NCBI GenBank assembly: GCA_025201805.1
Contig: MU619292.1
Coordinates: 126,477 to 190,476 of the forward strand
Direction of reading: 5' to 3'
Origin: Parasitella parasitica NRRL 2501
Lineage: Eukaryota; Fungi; Mucoromycota
DNA: 64,000 nucleotides
Under the pieces are notes generated by a model that was not told where the DNA came from, did no database searches, and worked only from the letters and a program-made list of their open reading frames with translations. Below, piece after piece: positions 37,325 through 49,230 of this stretch. Each line of letters opens with the position of its first letter. The stretch's first letter is position 1. Position numbers and translations under genes: made by a program.

Positions 37325-39497
37325 ATGTCAACTACGACGATATCAATGAAGCATGATCTTCAGGACAAAAAGAGTGCCTCAAAGCAAAAGCGATTTAAAG
37401 TGGGGAAAGCATGCTTTACATGCCGAGTGAAAAAGATCAAGGTGTGTGCTTTTGTACAAATTTTGGCTGATATCCCCATTACTGAATGACATGAAAAACT
37501 AGTGCGATGGATTGCAACCCTGTATGCAGGTAAAATAACTATGCGAGACCCACAACGATGCAGCGGATGCGATGCTTACATGTATTTTCTTTCTTGTAGT
37601 GCAAAGGTAATATAGTCTTGGTTAATTAAACAACGAAATGCTAAATTTGCTGATATTAGCCCGAAGCAGACCGTGCACATTTTCCAAAGATGGATCTGTG
37701 CTGGAAACAACAAACGAACAAGACGCTGAATCACTACACACTACTCCCTCACCCCCAACATCCCGATCATCGACTCCGCCTGCCCCCATCGCCCACAGCT
37801 CCCCAAAGTTCAAAAAGCCGTTACCCATAGATCAGAAATCGCTGTCGTCAACAACAGAAATACTGAATAGACTGAACAAACTATGGCCAGCAGAAGGGAA
37901 AGAGGGCAAGTGGGAATTAGACCCAACAAAGCTGCTGACAACAAAGCTGACAATGTCATCCAGCGACCACACATTTGGTATCGAATATCTGCCTTCGAAA
38001 TCGATCCAGCATGCGCACATACAAGCCTACTTTAAGAACTGCTATTCTGTGTTCCCCATTATACCAAAAAGAATATTTTTCAAGCAGTTTGACTCGCCCA
38101 TTCAGCACTACACCGCCTCCTATCTCCTGTCTCCCATCCTGCTGCTGATGATCATGGCACATGGAGCCCAGCAGGCGCAAGACGACGAATGCGACACCTG
38201 GTTTCAACATGCCAAATCGATCGTTCTGCAGCAGCAATGCAACAAGCCCAAGCTGAGCACCGTCATCGCATTGGCTTTGATGAGCCAATTCCAGTCCACA
38301 CGCAATCCCTATCCGTCCATGTACAGCGCCATGGCTTTCCAAATGTGCCTTGATTTAAACCTAATGCGAAATTACACTGGCGAGATGGATATCAAAAACG
38401 ACATGCTGTATCAGGACGAAACGGATGGCGGCTCCGATTTAAAGGAACTGCAAAAACGAGTTTGTTGGGGGTGCTATACGCTTGATAAGCTTATTCACAT
38501 TCAGACGGGGCAGCCCTGGATGCTGAAGAGTAAAGATATTGACCTTGATATGCCACTGTTGCAGCCAGGCGACGATGTCACCGAACACCAGATACTAGAG
38601 ACGTTTGTTTGCAGTATAAAACTGCTCCAGATTGCCGAGCGCACACTGCATCATGAGCAGCAACAACTACCGGCTATCAGAACGCATGCGTACGACCAAA
38701 TGGCACTGACATCAGACAATACTCTACTCGACTGGCTTCGATCACTCCCGCTTCATTTGCAATGGACACCCGCGCTGAATAATAGTAACGCACTCACCAC
38801 TCCTACAGCGCCATCCAACATCATGGTTTTTCATCTGCACATCCTATATAACATCATTGAACTCTGCGTTCTCAAGCCTTATGTTTCCTCTACCGCCAAA
38901 TCCATCCAGACAAGATCAGCTGCTGTTGCAACGCATCTTGTTCGCCTAGTATCGGCCTTGACTGACAACCACGCTGCTTGGTACTATAATTATGACTTTA
39001 CAACCTATGCCCTAATCGAATCTATCAAATTCCATATTGGATACTGCTCCTGCGAAAATTTCGTTTTAGCTCGCCATGCGCGGTTTATGTTTCAACAATC
39101 TATGCCAGCTATGAAAAAACTATTACCTATGATTAGAACTGCCAGCACACTGGACAAGATTACACAGTTTGCCGTCAACCTAGAGAATGCCATTAGCGAG
39201 GCTGATACAAATGCTGCTACTGACAGTGTGTTTGGCCAAGACGACATAATGACTCCATTTGTCCTTGGCAGCTTGAATGCAAGATATGGAGATGAAGAAC
39301 GTCAACAATGGTCCAAGCTGGAATATTTCGCAAATGGATTGATCACTCCACCTACAGTGAAATCAAAGCCTTCTATTTCCATGTCGTCGACCATGTTTGT
39401 GCCTCCCACAATGTCTTCGTTTCATTCCTATGGAGCCAGTAGTCATAGTGCTATCACTGATAACTTATTCCAGCCTGCTGCACCGCCACTACTACTA

Positions 39498-39565
<68 letters not shown>

Positions 39566-40157
39566 CGATTGGAGAGCAACACCTGATCGATTGCAATATA
39601 CCAAAATTAATAATACAAACACTAATAATCCCCTTGAATTCCTACATAATCAACATCCTCCTCAATGGCTACCCGCGACAGCAGTAGCAGCAACAAAGAA
39701 ACGGTCAGGGTCTACTGCCGATGCAAGCACTTCTGATTTGACTGATATTGATGCATTAGTTGCACAAATACAGGAGAACAACAATAGCCCATCTTCTAAT
39801 AATAGCTCATCATCTTCTACTGCTATTGTCGGCGCTACAGTGGCAATGGTAGCAAACGAAAATGAAAATCTGTTATATTCATTGTTATCTGACCGTAGCA
39901 GCGCTCCTAATAATACTAGTACTTGTTCCACTTCGACTATTGCTGCTTCCGCTGCTACTGCTGCCGCTGCTACTGCCGCCGCTACAGGTGCGACAATACC
40001 TACAAGAAATCAAAGTTATTCCAATTTTGTGCAACCCTACATGAATGTTGGGTTAGGCATTTACGCATCGGCTCACCAGCATCATAACGATGTGATCCGA
40101 CAGCATTTACCCCCGTCAAACAAGGCTGTTATTACGCAACATCCGCAAGCACAATAA
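37325..40157 (+). CDS. Zn(II)2Cys6 transcription factor with a fungal-specific TF domain and polyQ
   Basis: Spliced binuclear cluster ACFTCRVKKIK|CDGLQPCMQ|CKA|RSRPCTF. Middle homology region YFKNCYSVFPII, MAFQMCLDLNL, KRVCWGCYTLDK, TGQPWML. Confidence 0.9.
39498..39563 (+). repeat. Coding CAG/CAA repeat (22 Gln)
   Basis: (CAGCAA)n followed by (CAG)n inside the transcription factor ORF. Confidence 0.95.
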
Positions 40158-41673
40158 AATCATAATAAACTTGTAGAAAAATCACTAGCCATTGCTATTT
40201 ATCCATTTTTGAGGGTTTCTTGAGAGCGAATTTATCATCTAGAATGCTCAAATTCTTGTAACAGACCACTTTTGTTTTACGTTTACAACAAGAGCAGATA
40301 GAAGCGATTGCTTTTGACTCGTAGGCCATGTACCACATTATCCAGGTCCCAATGTAAAGCATAAAGCTTGACGGGCTGATCTTCCATCTTTGCCTCAAAT
40401 GTACAACATTATTATCGAGTTATGTGTGTGTATCCGCTGCTTGAGTTCTACGTCTCTTCAACTGTCAAATCCCATCACACGAAATCAGCTGCTCCTGCTG
40501 AAAATACATTTCTGTTTTTTGTTTATCATGATTACATCTATCAAGTTTCATCTTTGGGCACTGTTCATGTGAGGCTTGATTTTAGCTCAACGTGCACGCA
40601 TTCTGTTTCAACGACGTATAATACTAGCTGCGCTATGTACCATACACACTACTATACATCATAGCTTTGCTAAGCTGCTATGTGCATGATGTTCCGTAAA
40701 CTGGAGATCCCTATAACTAGGAGCTAGTTCCGGCGCTTCTTGTGTTAGCATCTTTGGGCAAGGTAGTATTACAATGACCACATCTCTTCAAGTGTCATAG
40801 ACTAAACGCAAAATATGGAAATAAGCAACATCAACAATGTCCCAGAGTAGACTATCTCGCAAACGTACTAATGAGTAGAGCTACATGTAAAAGAGGACCC
40901 AAATCAACTTTTGTATCACCAACCCTGTTCGTGTATATACATCTCTACTAATAATGCCATCTGGAGCAAATAGCCGTAGCACCTGCAATGTATATATTGC
41001 CATGGCAATTTACATTCTAACCTGCTGTTTAATATACGATACTATATACCACAGCGACGACGTTGAGGAACACCTGATCGATTTAGCCTATATGCGCACT
41101 ATCAATTCCTCCTGAACCCTTACGTAATCAAAGTTCTCCCCCCTCCCCTCCTCAAAGCTTACCCGTATACACAAATATCAACAAAGAAACAATCCGTGCT
41201 ATATAGTCGTACGGCTGATACAAGCACTTTTGATTTGAGTGATGCACAACAAATACAGGGAAACGATAATGGCCCCAATAGATGCAGTCATTCACTTGCT
41301 AATAATAGCTCATCATCTACTACTGCTAAAGTTCCCATTCATATAATGCGTATTTTCGTCTATTCATTGTTACCTGGGTGTTCATGCACAGTAGCATTGT
41401 ACATCAAACACTATTTGGTGATACTCGAATACTGCATGACAGCACTTGCGCATGCAAAGACTTGAGAGCTATTATTCGTTCGCTCAGTCTCATATATAAA
41501 TGGGGAATATAAAGGAATCTGCGCACCACAGCGCAACCCAGAGATGTGATCCGACAGCAGAGGAAGCGCTGAAATTGCTTTGCCTATTTTTAGCAATGTT
41601 TAAGTTTTCCCTCTTTGTTATTGCGATTGATTCATTGTCGATTACGTGACATCATATAGAGCTTTCACATCTA

Positions 41674-41743
41674 NNNNNNNNNNNNNNNNNNNNNNNNNNN
41701 NNNNNNNNNNNNNNNNNNNNNNNNNNNNNNNNNNNNNNNNNNN
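41674..41743. other. Assembly gap (70 N)
   Basis: Run of N in the PCS60 upstream region. Confidence 1.
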
Positions 41744-41852
41744 AAAAAAAAAAAAAAAAAAAAAGATATTTAAATAGAGCAAAAAAGCTCGTTTTCTCCT
41801 CGTTTGCTTTCTACTTTACTTACAACACTACACCACCACAACACCCTTAAAA

Positions 41853-43436
41853 ATGTCCAACACTCTGCTTGAAATCTTCAAGAGCAAAAAGGATGCCATG
41901 CACCCGGCTGTCATCATCCCGCAATCTGCCAACGTCCCATCAAACATCACATACAACCAAATGCTGGACATCATCTACGACTTCTCCAGAAAGCTGGCCG
42001 CCCAAGTTCCTGCCAGCGCATTAGCTCCCGGGAGATCCATCTCCATCAGCTACCCCAACTCTTTTGAATTCACTGTTGCCTTCCTGGGCGCCACGTTCAT
42101 GAGCCAGATTGCATCTCCCTTGAATCCTGCCTACACAGAGGACGAATTCAACTTTTATTTGGAAGACGCAAAGAGCTCCATCATGATTTTGCCCAAGGGT
42201 GCGCTCAACGAAAAGAACAATGCCGCCGTCAGAGCTGCCCACAAGCAGGGCGCAATTGTCGTCGAGATCCACTGGAACGGCACTTGCATGGAGATCAATG
42301 CCCGTGTGCCTCTTGCGCTTGCTGACGAGCCCCATCGCATCATCAACGAGTTTACGCCTCGACCCGACGAGCCTGCTCTTTTATTACACACAAGTGGTAC
42401 CACTGGTCGACCCAAGGGCGTCCCCCTTAGTCATCTCAATTTGCTCACCAGCATGAGAAACATCGTGGGCACATACGAGTTAAATCCCGAAGATCGCACT
42501 CTTCTGGTTATGCCCCTTTTCCACGTTCATGGGTTGCTCTGTGGGCTGTTGGCTACCTTGCTTTCTGGCGGCGTTGCTGTCATCCCTGCCAAGTTCAGCG
42601 CCTCTCATTTCTGGAAGGACTTTGTAGACAACAAGTGTAACTGGTACACTGCCGTGCCCACTATTCACCAAATCCTGCTCCGTAACCCGCCTTCTCAGGT
42701 TCCTGCCATCCGCTTCATTCGTTCTTGCTCCTCAAGTTTAGCCCCTGCCACCTTGAAGGCCCTTGAGAAACATTTCAAGGCACCTGTTCTGGAGGCATAT
42801 GCAATGACCGAGGCATCCCATCAAATGACCTCCAACCCTCTTCCTCATCGTGGTCCTCATAAGGCTGGTTCCGTCGGCCTTGGTCAGGGTGTTGAGATTG
42901 CCATTTTGGACCAAGCTGGCAACCCTACTGAGTTGGGCGAAGTGTGCATCCGTGGTAAGAATGTCACTAAAGGCTACTTGAACAACCCCAAGGCAACTGC
43001 AGAGTCGTTCACAAAGGATGGATATTTCCGTACCGGAGATCAGGGTAAAAAGGACAAGGATGGTTATTTGATCTTGACTGGCCGTATCAAGGAATTGATC
43101 AATCGTGGTGGTGAAAAAATCTCCCCTATCGAGCTGGATTCCGTCATGTTGAGTCATCCAAAGATCGCTGAGGCCGTCAGCTTTGCCGTTCCAGACGAAA
43201 TGTACGGTCAGGAAGTTCATGCTGCAGTCGTCTTGAAGAGCGATGTCAAGGACAGTGAAAAGGCAATTGAGAAGGAGCTACAAGCCTACTGTGCAAGCAA
43301 GCTCGCCAAATTCAAGGTGCCAAAGCGCATCTATGTCACCGACATCATGCCCAAGACTGCCACTGGCAAGATTCAGCGCCGTAAGGTTTCTGAAGTCTTC
43401 TTCAAGGGCCCTGCTCCTGCTCAAGCCAAGTTGTAA
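41853..43436 (+). CDS. PCS60: Peroxisomal oxalate--CoA ligase (Pcs60/AAE3-type AMP-binding enzyme), intronless
   Basis: LHTSGTTGRPKGVPLSH, VMPLFHVHGL, WYTAVPTIHQILL, RFIRSCSS, EAYAMTEASHQMTSNPL, ELINRGGEKISP, PKTATGKIQR; C-terminal PTS1 AKL. Confidence 0.9.
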   Translation: MSNTLLEIFKSKKDAMHPAVIIPQSANVPSNITYNQMLDIIYDFSRKLAAQVPASALAPGRSISISYPNSFEFTVAFLGATFMSQIASPLNPAYTEDEFNFYLEDAKSSIMILPKGALNEKNNAAVRAAHKQGAIVVEIHWNGTCMEINARVPLALADEPHRIINEFTPRPDEPALLLHTSGTTGRPKGVPLSHLNLLTSMRNIVGTYELNPEDRTLLVMPLFHVHGLLCGLLATLLSGGVAVIPAKFSASHFWKDFVDNKCNWYTAVPTIHQILLRNPPSQVPAIRFIRSCSSSLAPATLKALEKHFKAPVLEAYAMTEASHQMTSNPLPHRGPHKAGSVGLGQGVEIAILDQAGNPTELGEVCIRGKNVTKGYLNNPKATAESFTKDGYFRTGDQGKKDKDGYLILTGRIKELINRGGEKISPIELDSVMLSHPKIAEAVSFAVPDEMYGQEVHAAVVLKSDVKDSEKAIEKELQAYCASKLAKFKVPKRIYVTDIMPKTATGKIQRRKVSEVFFKGPAPAQAKL

Positions 43437-44270
43437 TCTCTGTAATATCATTTTTAAACCGCTAGAAAATAAATCGTATATATTCCTTTTTGCCATTTAT
43501 CCTACAAACTTCTAGTGATGCAGAAACGCGAGAGAGGGGAGGGGGGGGTGTTTCTTTGTTGTTTAATCTCAACCTCCCATGATGTTATGCAGTTTCAAAT
43601 TTAATGGTTGTTTATTATCATGTCCACATGACAGGCCAAAATCCTAGACTATAGGAACTATGAATATTGTACAACTGATATATATATATATATAAGCCAT
43701 ATATAGTGGCATAAATATGCAGTGTTCCCTATGTTGTGCATGTGCCTGATGTACCCGATCAAAATGGTCAAATTATAAACTTCCGTCCAACTTTCCGAGG
43801 ATGTGAATTGGGTGTTGGTAGGACGAGGTAGGCTGGGGTCAAATGACATTTCAAAAGCTGATGATATAATATTTGAATGCATGTATTGCAATAAATAAAC
43901 ATTACATCGATTTAGATCCGTTGGGTGCCAACCGGTGAAAGATATTACAAATAATAACGTGTCAAGAGACTTGTCTGATAATTCAGGTATTATATGGATC
44001 CTAAATGCATAGACTTAACATCACGATAGATCAGACTCCTTTTTTCAGCATTTCCTATTGTGGTTTATTGTCCTGATCCACTTGTTATTAATACAAATTT
44101 CCTAGAGTTATAGTACTAATATTCGCCATGCATTTGTCAGGATTATTTCTTGTTGTGATTTCAATTTATGACCTCGAGACAGATCAGTTTGCTCGTAGGT
44201 ATTCCATGTTAAATTCAGGTGAAGGGGACCGCTGCGGGATTGCCGACTCTCTTCTTCCTCGAGCGTTTTC

Positions 44271-46052
44271 ATGAAAAGTGTAGATCTGCCTTACGAGATT
44301 ATAGAATTAGTAGTTGCGAATGAGCTTATCACAAAAAGAGACCTGCTTCAGCTACAGCTCATTTGCAAGAAATGGGGTCTAGTTGCTCAAAAATACTTTT
44401 ATGCGACCATCGACTTGGGCGACAAAAATTTGTATCCAAGAAGCTACAGCGACTCTGCAGCAATTGCTGAAAGGGCCGCTCAGCTTGAAATAACACTCTC
44501 AATAGCAAACAACCGTAAAGGATGCTTGGTAAAAGCTATTAATCTTGGCTCATTGATCTCTAGTTTACCAAGCTTTGCTCAATCATGTCTTTACATAAAC
44601 AGTATAACGGTAGATCCTGTCACTGCTGATTTTTACAGAGCCATCACAACTTTGCATCAGGATGGATGTCTGCAACACTTGAACAGCGTCACCTTGCCAG
44701 CAGTAAAGGATGCTGTTTCCCCTGAGCTCTTGGCAAACTATAATGATGCCATGATGGAATTCAGAAAGTCAATCAAGAGCATTCTGGTCATCTCACTAAC
44801 AACTCGAGCCACAGCGAATCAACTCTTGGCGCCTGATCGTCTGATAGAGTTCACCAACCTTGAATCATGGTACTTTTTGGAGTTGGCTAGCTTGTTTATG
44901 TACGAATTAGGCAGCCTTATTCCTAAAAACTCTCTACGGCTGGAATCTATAGTTATAGAAATCATGAACAAATTTCCAGACACAAATCTACCCTCTATTC
45001 AATATAAGGTCGACCCAAGCAATTACGCCCAACATCAAGCAACAAATCTAGAGCTGATCATTTCTGGCTCTGTCACTGCCGATGAAATGATTTACATCAG
45101 CCGCAGCTTTCCATCGCTGCAAACATTCAGACGCTCGAGTTCCATACCCAAGGGCCTATCGAACACTACAAACGACATGAAAGCTGTTTACCAGTTCTTT
45201 GGCTATCTATTTACTATTCCTAAAGTCTACTTGCAAGAAGTTAGCCTTGCTTTAGCTGATACCTATAAAATACTCGGTTATATAGAGACGTCGATTCATG
45301 TCAAAACACTAGTGCTGGCGATTTCGCATTCAACGCGACAAGAAGATGCTGTGATATTTTTAGAACATGAATTGAAGCCACTGAAAAGCGCTGCCACTGG
45401 TGGTGTCAAGCTAGAAACAGAATACTGTTTAGTTGACTTGAGCTTGGTATCTTCCAACGTAGAATCAGCGTTCACGAAATCTTTAAAAATTTTCAAAGAT
45501 AGTGTCAGCACCTTGGTTATTGGGCTGGACGAAGATGTTGATGACACACGTTTTTTTCAACAAATACACCAAGACTCGATCGACTATATTGTCGAAAACT
45601 ACTCTCTATTGAAACATCTGTGCTTTGAATTTGTCGATTTTCCAACCGAAGTTAGCTATTCAAGCTCTCAAAGAAAACTAAATTTGGAAACTCTGTCGAT
45701 AGCATATTGTCGAGTTAATACAAAGTATTATAATCTATTGACGAGCCAGATTGACCAAGTAGAGCTTTTTCACCATAAAGAATCTGCAAATAACAACCAT
45801 AGCGCAAACATTATGATCAATATGCAATACACTCGATTCTCCACAATTAATCTACAATACCATCATCTGGACTCCTATATCATCAAGGTTTGGATAAATA
45901 GCCAACCTATTCTCTTTAAAACATCTGCATGGGATGGCATCGCTCGATTATCGACGGATGATGAAAGCATGTCTGGTGAACGCAAAATTACCATCTGCTG
46001 CAGAAACGTTCGAGAGATTCGCACCGAACATGGCTCGTTATTTGTAACCTGA
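44271..46052 (+). CDS. F-box-like / LRR-like protein of a lineage-expanded family, intronless
   Basis: N-terminal DLPYEIIELVV...DLLQLQLICKKWGLVAQKYFY is F-box-like; 593-aa open frame with Leu-rich segments. Confidence 0.7.
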   Translation: MKSVDLPYEIIELVVANELITKRDLLQLQLICKKWGLVAQKYFYATIDLGDKNLYPRSYSDSAAIAERAAQLEITLSIANNRKGCLVKAINLGSLISSLPSFAQSCLYINSITVDPVTADFYRAITTLHQDGCLQHLNSVTLPAVKDAVSPELLANYNDAMMEFRKSIKSILVISLTTRATANQLLAPDRLIEFTNLESWYFLELASLFMYELGSLIPKNSLRLESIVIEIMNKFPDTNLPSIQYKVDPSNYAQHQATNLELIISGSVTADEMIYISRSFPSLQTFRRSSSIPKGLSNTTNDMKAVYQFFGYLFTIPKVYLQEVSLALADTYKILGYIETSIHVKTLVLAISHSTRQEDAVIFLEHELKPLKSAATGGVKLETEYCLVDLSLVSSNVESAFTKSLKIFKDSVSTLVIGLDEDVDDTRFFQQIHQDSIDYIVENYSLLKHLCFEFVDFPTEVSYSSSQRKLNLETLSIAYCRVNTKYYNLLTSQIDQVELFHHKESANNNHSANIMINMQYTRFSTINLQYHHLDSYIIKVWINSQPILFKTSAWDGIARLSTDDESMSGERKITICCRNVREIRTEHGSLFVT

Positions 46053-47452
46053 CCATATATATATGTATATATGTATCAAAAGGCTGTTTATGATTTTTTC
46101 TTTTTTTTTTGTTATACATTTCTCGCTCCTTCTACATGACAAGTATATATGATGAATAAATATAGGTATATAGGTATGTTATGCGGTTTTGTTAAAAAGC
46201 GCGATACTGTAGCCGCAAAATGATTACTAGCTCCAGATATGTCAAAATATGCATAAATTATGTGGTCCTAATGTGTATATTCATCAAGCTAGAAATGTTA
46301 TTTGAACGAATATCATGTACAAATTTTCACATATGATATTTCCGATGCAATTGTAGCCAGATGACTATAATACGTAGAGAAATGTCAGATATTGCAGATC
46401 AGGGCAGCTGGAAGTATCGAAAATACAAGATTTTTACTCCTTGGATTACTGCGTAATGCTTAATTGAACGGCAAGAGCGCAAAATAAGCCGGATATTCTT
46501 TCGCTAGTTCTTGTTTTTGATAGCTTTATGAACATGCTACGCTCGCCAGATTTTCCAAAAATCTTGACAAAAAAAGCAATCTGTTCTGAGACACTCTTCG
46601 ACGTGTCAGATTTTGGCGTTTTCTCTTTGTCTAAAACGGCAAAGCATTAATAATAATAGAGCATTTTACATTTCATCGTAATCTGTCGATATAAATGCCC
46701 CACTCCTTCGTCTATTTGAGGTATAGTCGGCCGAGTGTTTTCAATTGCATTCTCCAAAATTCATTCAAGACAATCATTATTTCAACGGCAAATGGCACCT
46801 AGTGTTTTCTTTTAAATGTTTGCTTAAAAGTCAAAGTAAGAAAAAACGCCCCAGCCTTGTTCATTTTTTAATTCCACAAAAAAAAAAAAAAATGAGCCAA
46901 TTTACCCAAACATTTATTAAAAGCCGCATTGCAGTTTTATCAAGTAAACTACATGTAAATCGTGCCCTTTATTTGCGCAAGAGTACATGAAATTGGATTT
47001 TAATGTTGGAATAATCAATAGCCAAGTGTGTTTTACTGTACAGATTTTGGGTAATTCAAGATTTGATCAGCAAAACAACATCGGGCCCAAATTCTTCTCC
47101 CGCTGAATGTCGTTGTTGACGCAGACATGAATCAAATCAAATTTATTGATACTAAAAGAGCCACGCTTTTTAATACTTGAAAAAATGAACGTGATTATTG
47201 AGGGTTTCATTGTTGAATAATTCAGGGGCTGTGAGATCAAGCTTCGGCGATATTGAACCAAAAATCGGTGCCTGATATTTGGAAACCAAGCATTTCCCGC
47301 CGATACATGGTAACTGAGCCGCAGATTTCTATGTATACATACGCAAGTAAATGTATGCGCTGTAATTTTAATCATTCCGTTCCTCTATTTAACGGTGCAT
47401 TTACATTGCTTTTTTTTTAAATAAGTATGTAGTTGCAACTACATCTACGAGC

Positions 47453-47472
47453 GTGTGTGTGTGTGTGTGTGT
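47453..47472. repeat. (GT)10 microsatellite
   Basis: Read directly from the sequence. Confidence 0.9.
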
Positions 47473-48189
47473 ACATAAATCAATCAATTATTTACATATG
47501 CATGTTTACCGAGGGAGTTGCCTGATCTGGAATAGAGAATGATGCTATTGTTATGTGTCTATGTTCCGCAACACTCCCACTGTTTCTCTCGATAGCATAT
47601 ATGTAAGGTAAATATAGCCATCATAATCATTTACCTTCCCCTGAGAAAAAAAAAATATTACATATATACATCAGCCTCCCTCTCTCTCCCTTGAACCGAA
47701 AACGACGACAACAATAGTTTTAATCTTGACAAATACATAACGAAATATCCGTTGTTTAAACAGGTTGCATTAAAAATGTTGAGTTTATTAAATTTGACTG
47801 AATATACAAATGTACGATTAAATTATTTAATGAGAATTTTGTTTTGCAGATGGGCACATTAAATATCATTGATGGTATACAATTTGGTAGAGGCGAAGAA
47901 GATTATTATTGTCAAGTAGAAATTAGTGTTCTTCCTCTGTCTCTCTCTCTCTCTGCAGGTGTGCAAGAAATCAAGAAACCTAATGAATTCTCCTTGATTT
48001 TTTTGCTGTAATGCAGCATTGGATCTCCTTAATGATGCGATGTGAGAGAGCAAATAGTTTATACTACTGTACTTGGTATAAATGTGTGTATTAGAAATAA
48101 AAAGTAGTGTGTTGTGATGGCGGTAGTCATGATGGTGATGATGATATTAGTGGCATATAGATGTAAAGAGGGATGATGACCAAACAAAG

Positions 48190-48519
48190 CTATTGGGTTG
48201 GTGATGGTGATGAGTAGCTTCGTTGTTGTTGTTGTTGCAGCTGTTGTTGCCAGTGATACCATTGCTTCAACTGCTGCTGGTAGTGGTGCCATTGATCATA
48301 GGCACTTGGTTTGCGCACAAGACGGTTCGAGTGATGATCAAACGACCAACAACGAGTGCAATAATCAGAATCGCTCAAAAAGCGGTTGCATGTTGAGCAT
48401 TTTGTATGACAATCAGCACAAAACCAATCGGAAGATAACGTTTTATCGCAAGAACCACAAATTACTTTGTCATTTGAAGATAATTGAGGCGAAGAAGGTG
48501 GAGAAGGGAAGAAGTTCAT
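48190..48519 (-). CDS. Small Cys-rich protein (four CxxC, double-zinc-ribbon-like) with a Gln-rich tail
   Basis: MNFFPSPPSSPQ...CGSC...CADC...CSTC...CTRC...QQQLQQQQQRSYSSPSPTQ; ATG at 48519 follows a pyrimidine-rich leader. Confidence 0.7.
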   Translation of the reverse strand: MNFFPSPPSSPQLSSNDKVICGSCDKTLSSDWFCADCHTKCSTCNRFLSDSDYCTRCWSFDHHSNRLVRKPSAYDQWHHYQQQLKQWYHWQQQLQQQQQRSYSSPSPTQ

Positions 48520-49172
48520 CGTAATAAGAGTAGAAAAAGAGTGTATAGGTTTAAGGAAAGTAATGGAGACCAGGAAAGAAAGAGAGAAAGATATGCCATC
48601 CAATTTAGCGAAATAACCGGTATTTATATATAACAAACAACGCTATAACAGTTGTACATGTACATTTGAATAGTTTGATCTACAGTGGTAAAAATACAAT
48701 TTAAATTTATGCACAGACACCTTTTTGTTATTTTTTCACGTTTGAAATAGTTGAGAAACACTTATAATGGTATTATTGTTTAATACAGTCTTTCCATGTT
48801 CTCTCCTGAGGAGGAAAAAACCAGACTGATGTACGTACATACATACATTACATACGAAATACCACATGTATAATAAAGGCATGTACATTACATTTCATCC
48901 GATTCCCTTGTCTCCTCATTTTTCTTTGTTTATTTCCATGGTTTCTTGGCTTAATAATCAATATCTACATATATAACAAGCCTCTTTTTAGTCTGCATTT
49001 CGCACCATATCAGCATTTATTGTGTCTGATCAATCTGCTCGACATGGGCTGTATTTCCTCCTTATTAACAGAATATGAGTATTAAAAATTGTACATAATG
49101 CATCATGTAATCAACAGGAATTTAACTATATCGTTTAGATTATAATTGTACCATATACACAACTCCCTTTTC

Positions 49173-49173
<1 letters not shown>

Positions 49174-49229
<56 letters not shown>
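49174..49229. repeat. Poly(dT:dA) tract of about 56 nt
   Basis: Uninterrupted T run. Confidence 0.9.

Positions 49230-49230
<1 letters not shown>

Noticed and set aside
40195-41596. Possible pseudogene or transposon relic between the transcription factor and PCS60
   Set aside because: Only short stop-interrupted frames with no identifiable domain; cannot be supported without a search.
46720-46760. tRNA-like start (GGTATAGTCGGCCGAGTG)
   Set aside because: No T-loop GTTCRA or acceptor-stem pairing downstream.
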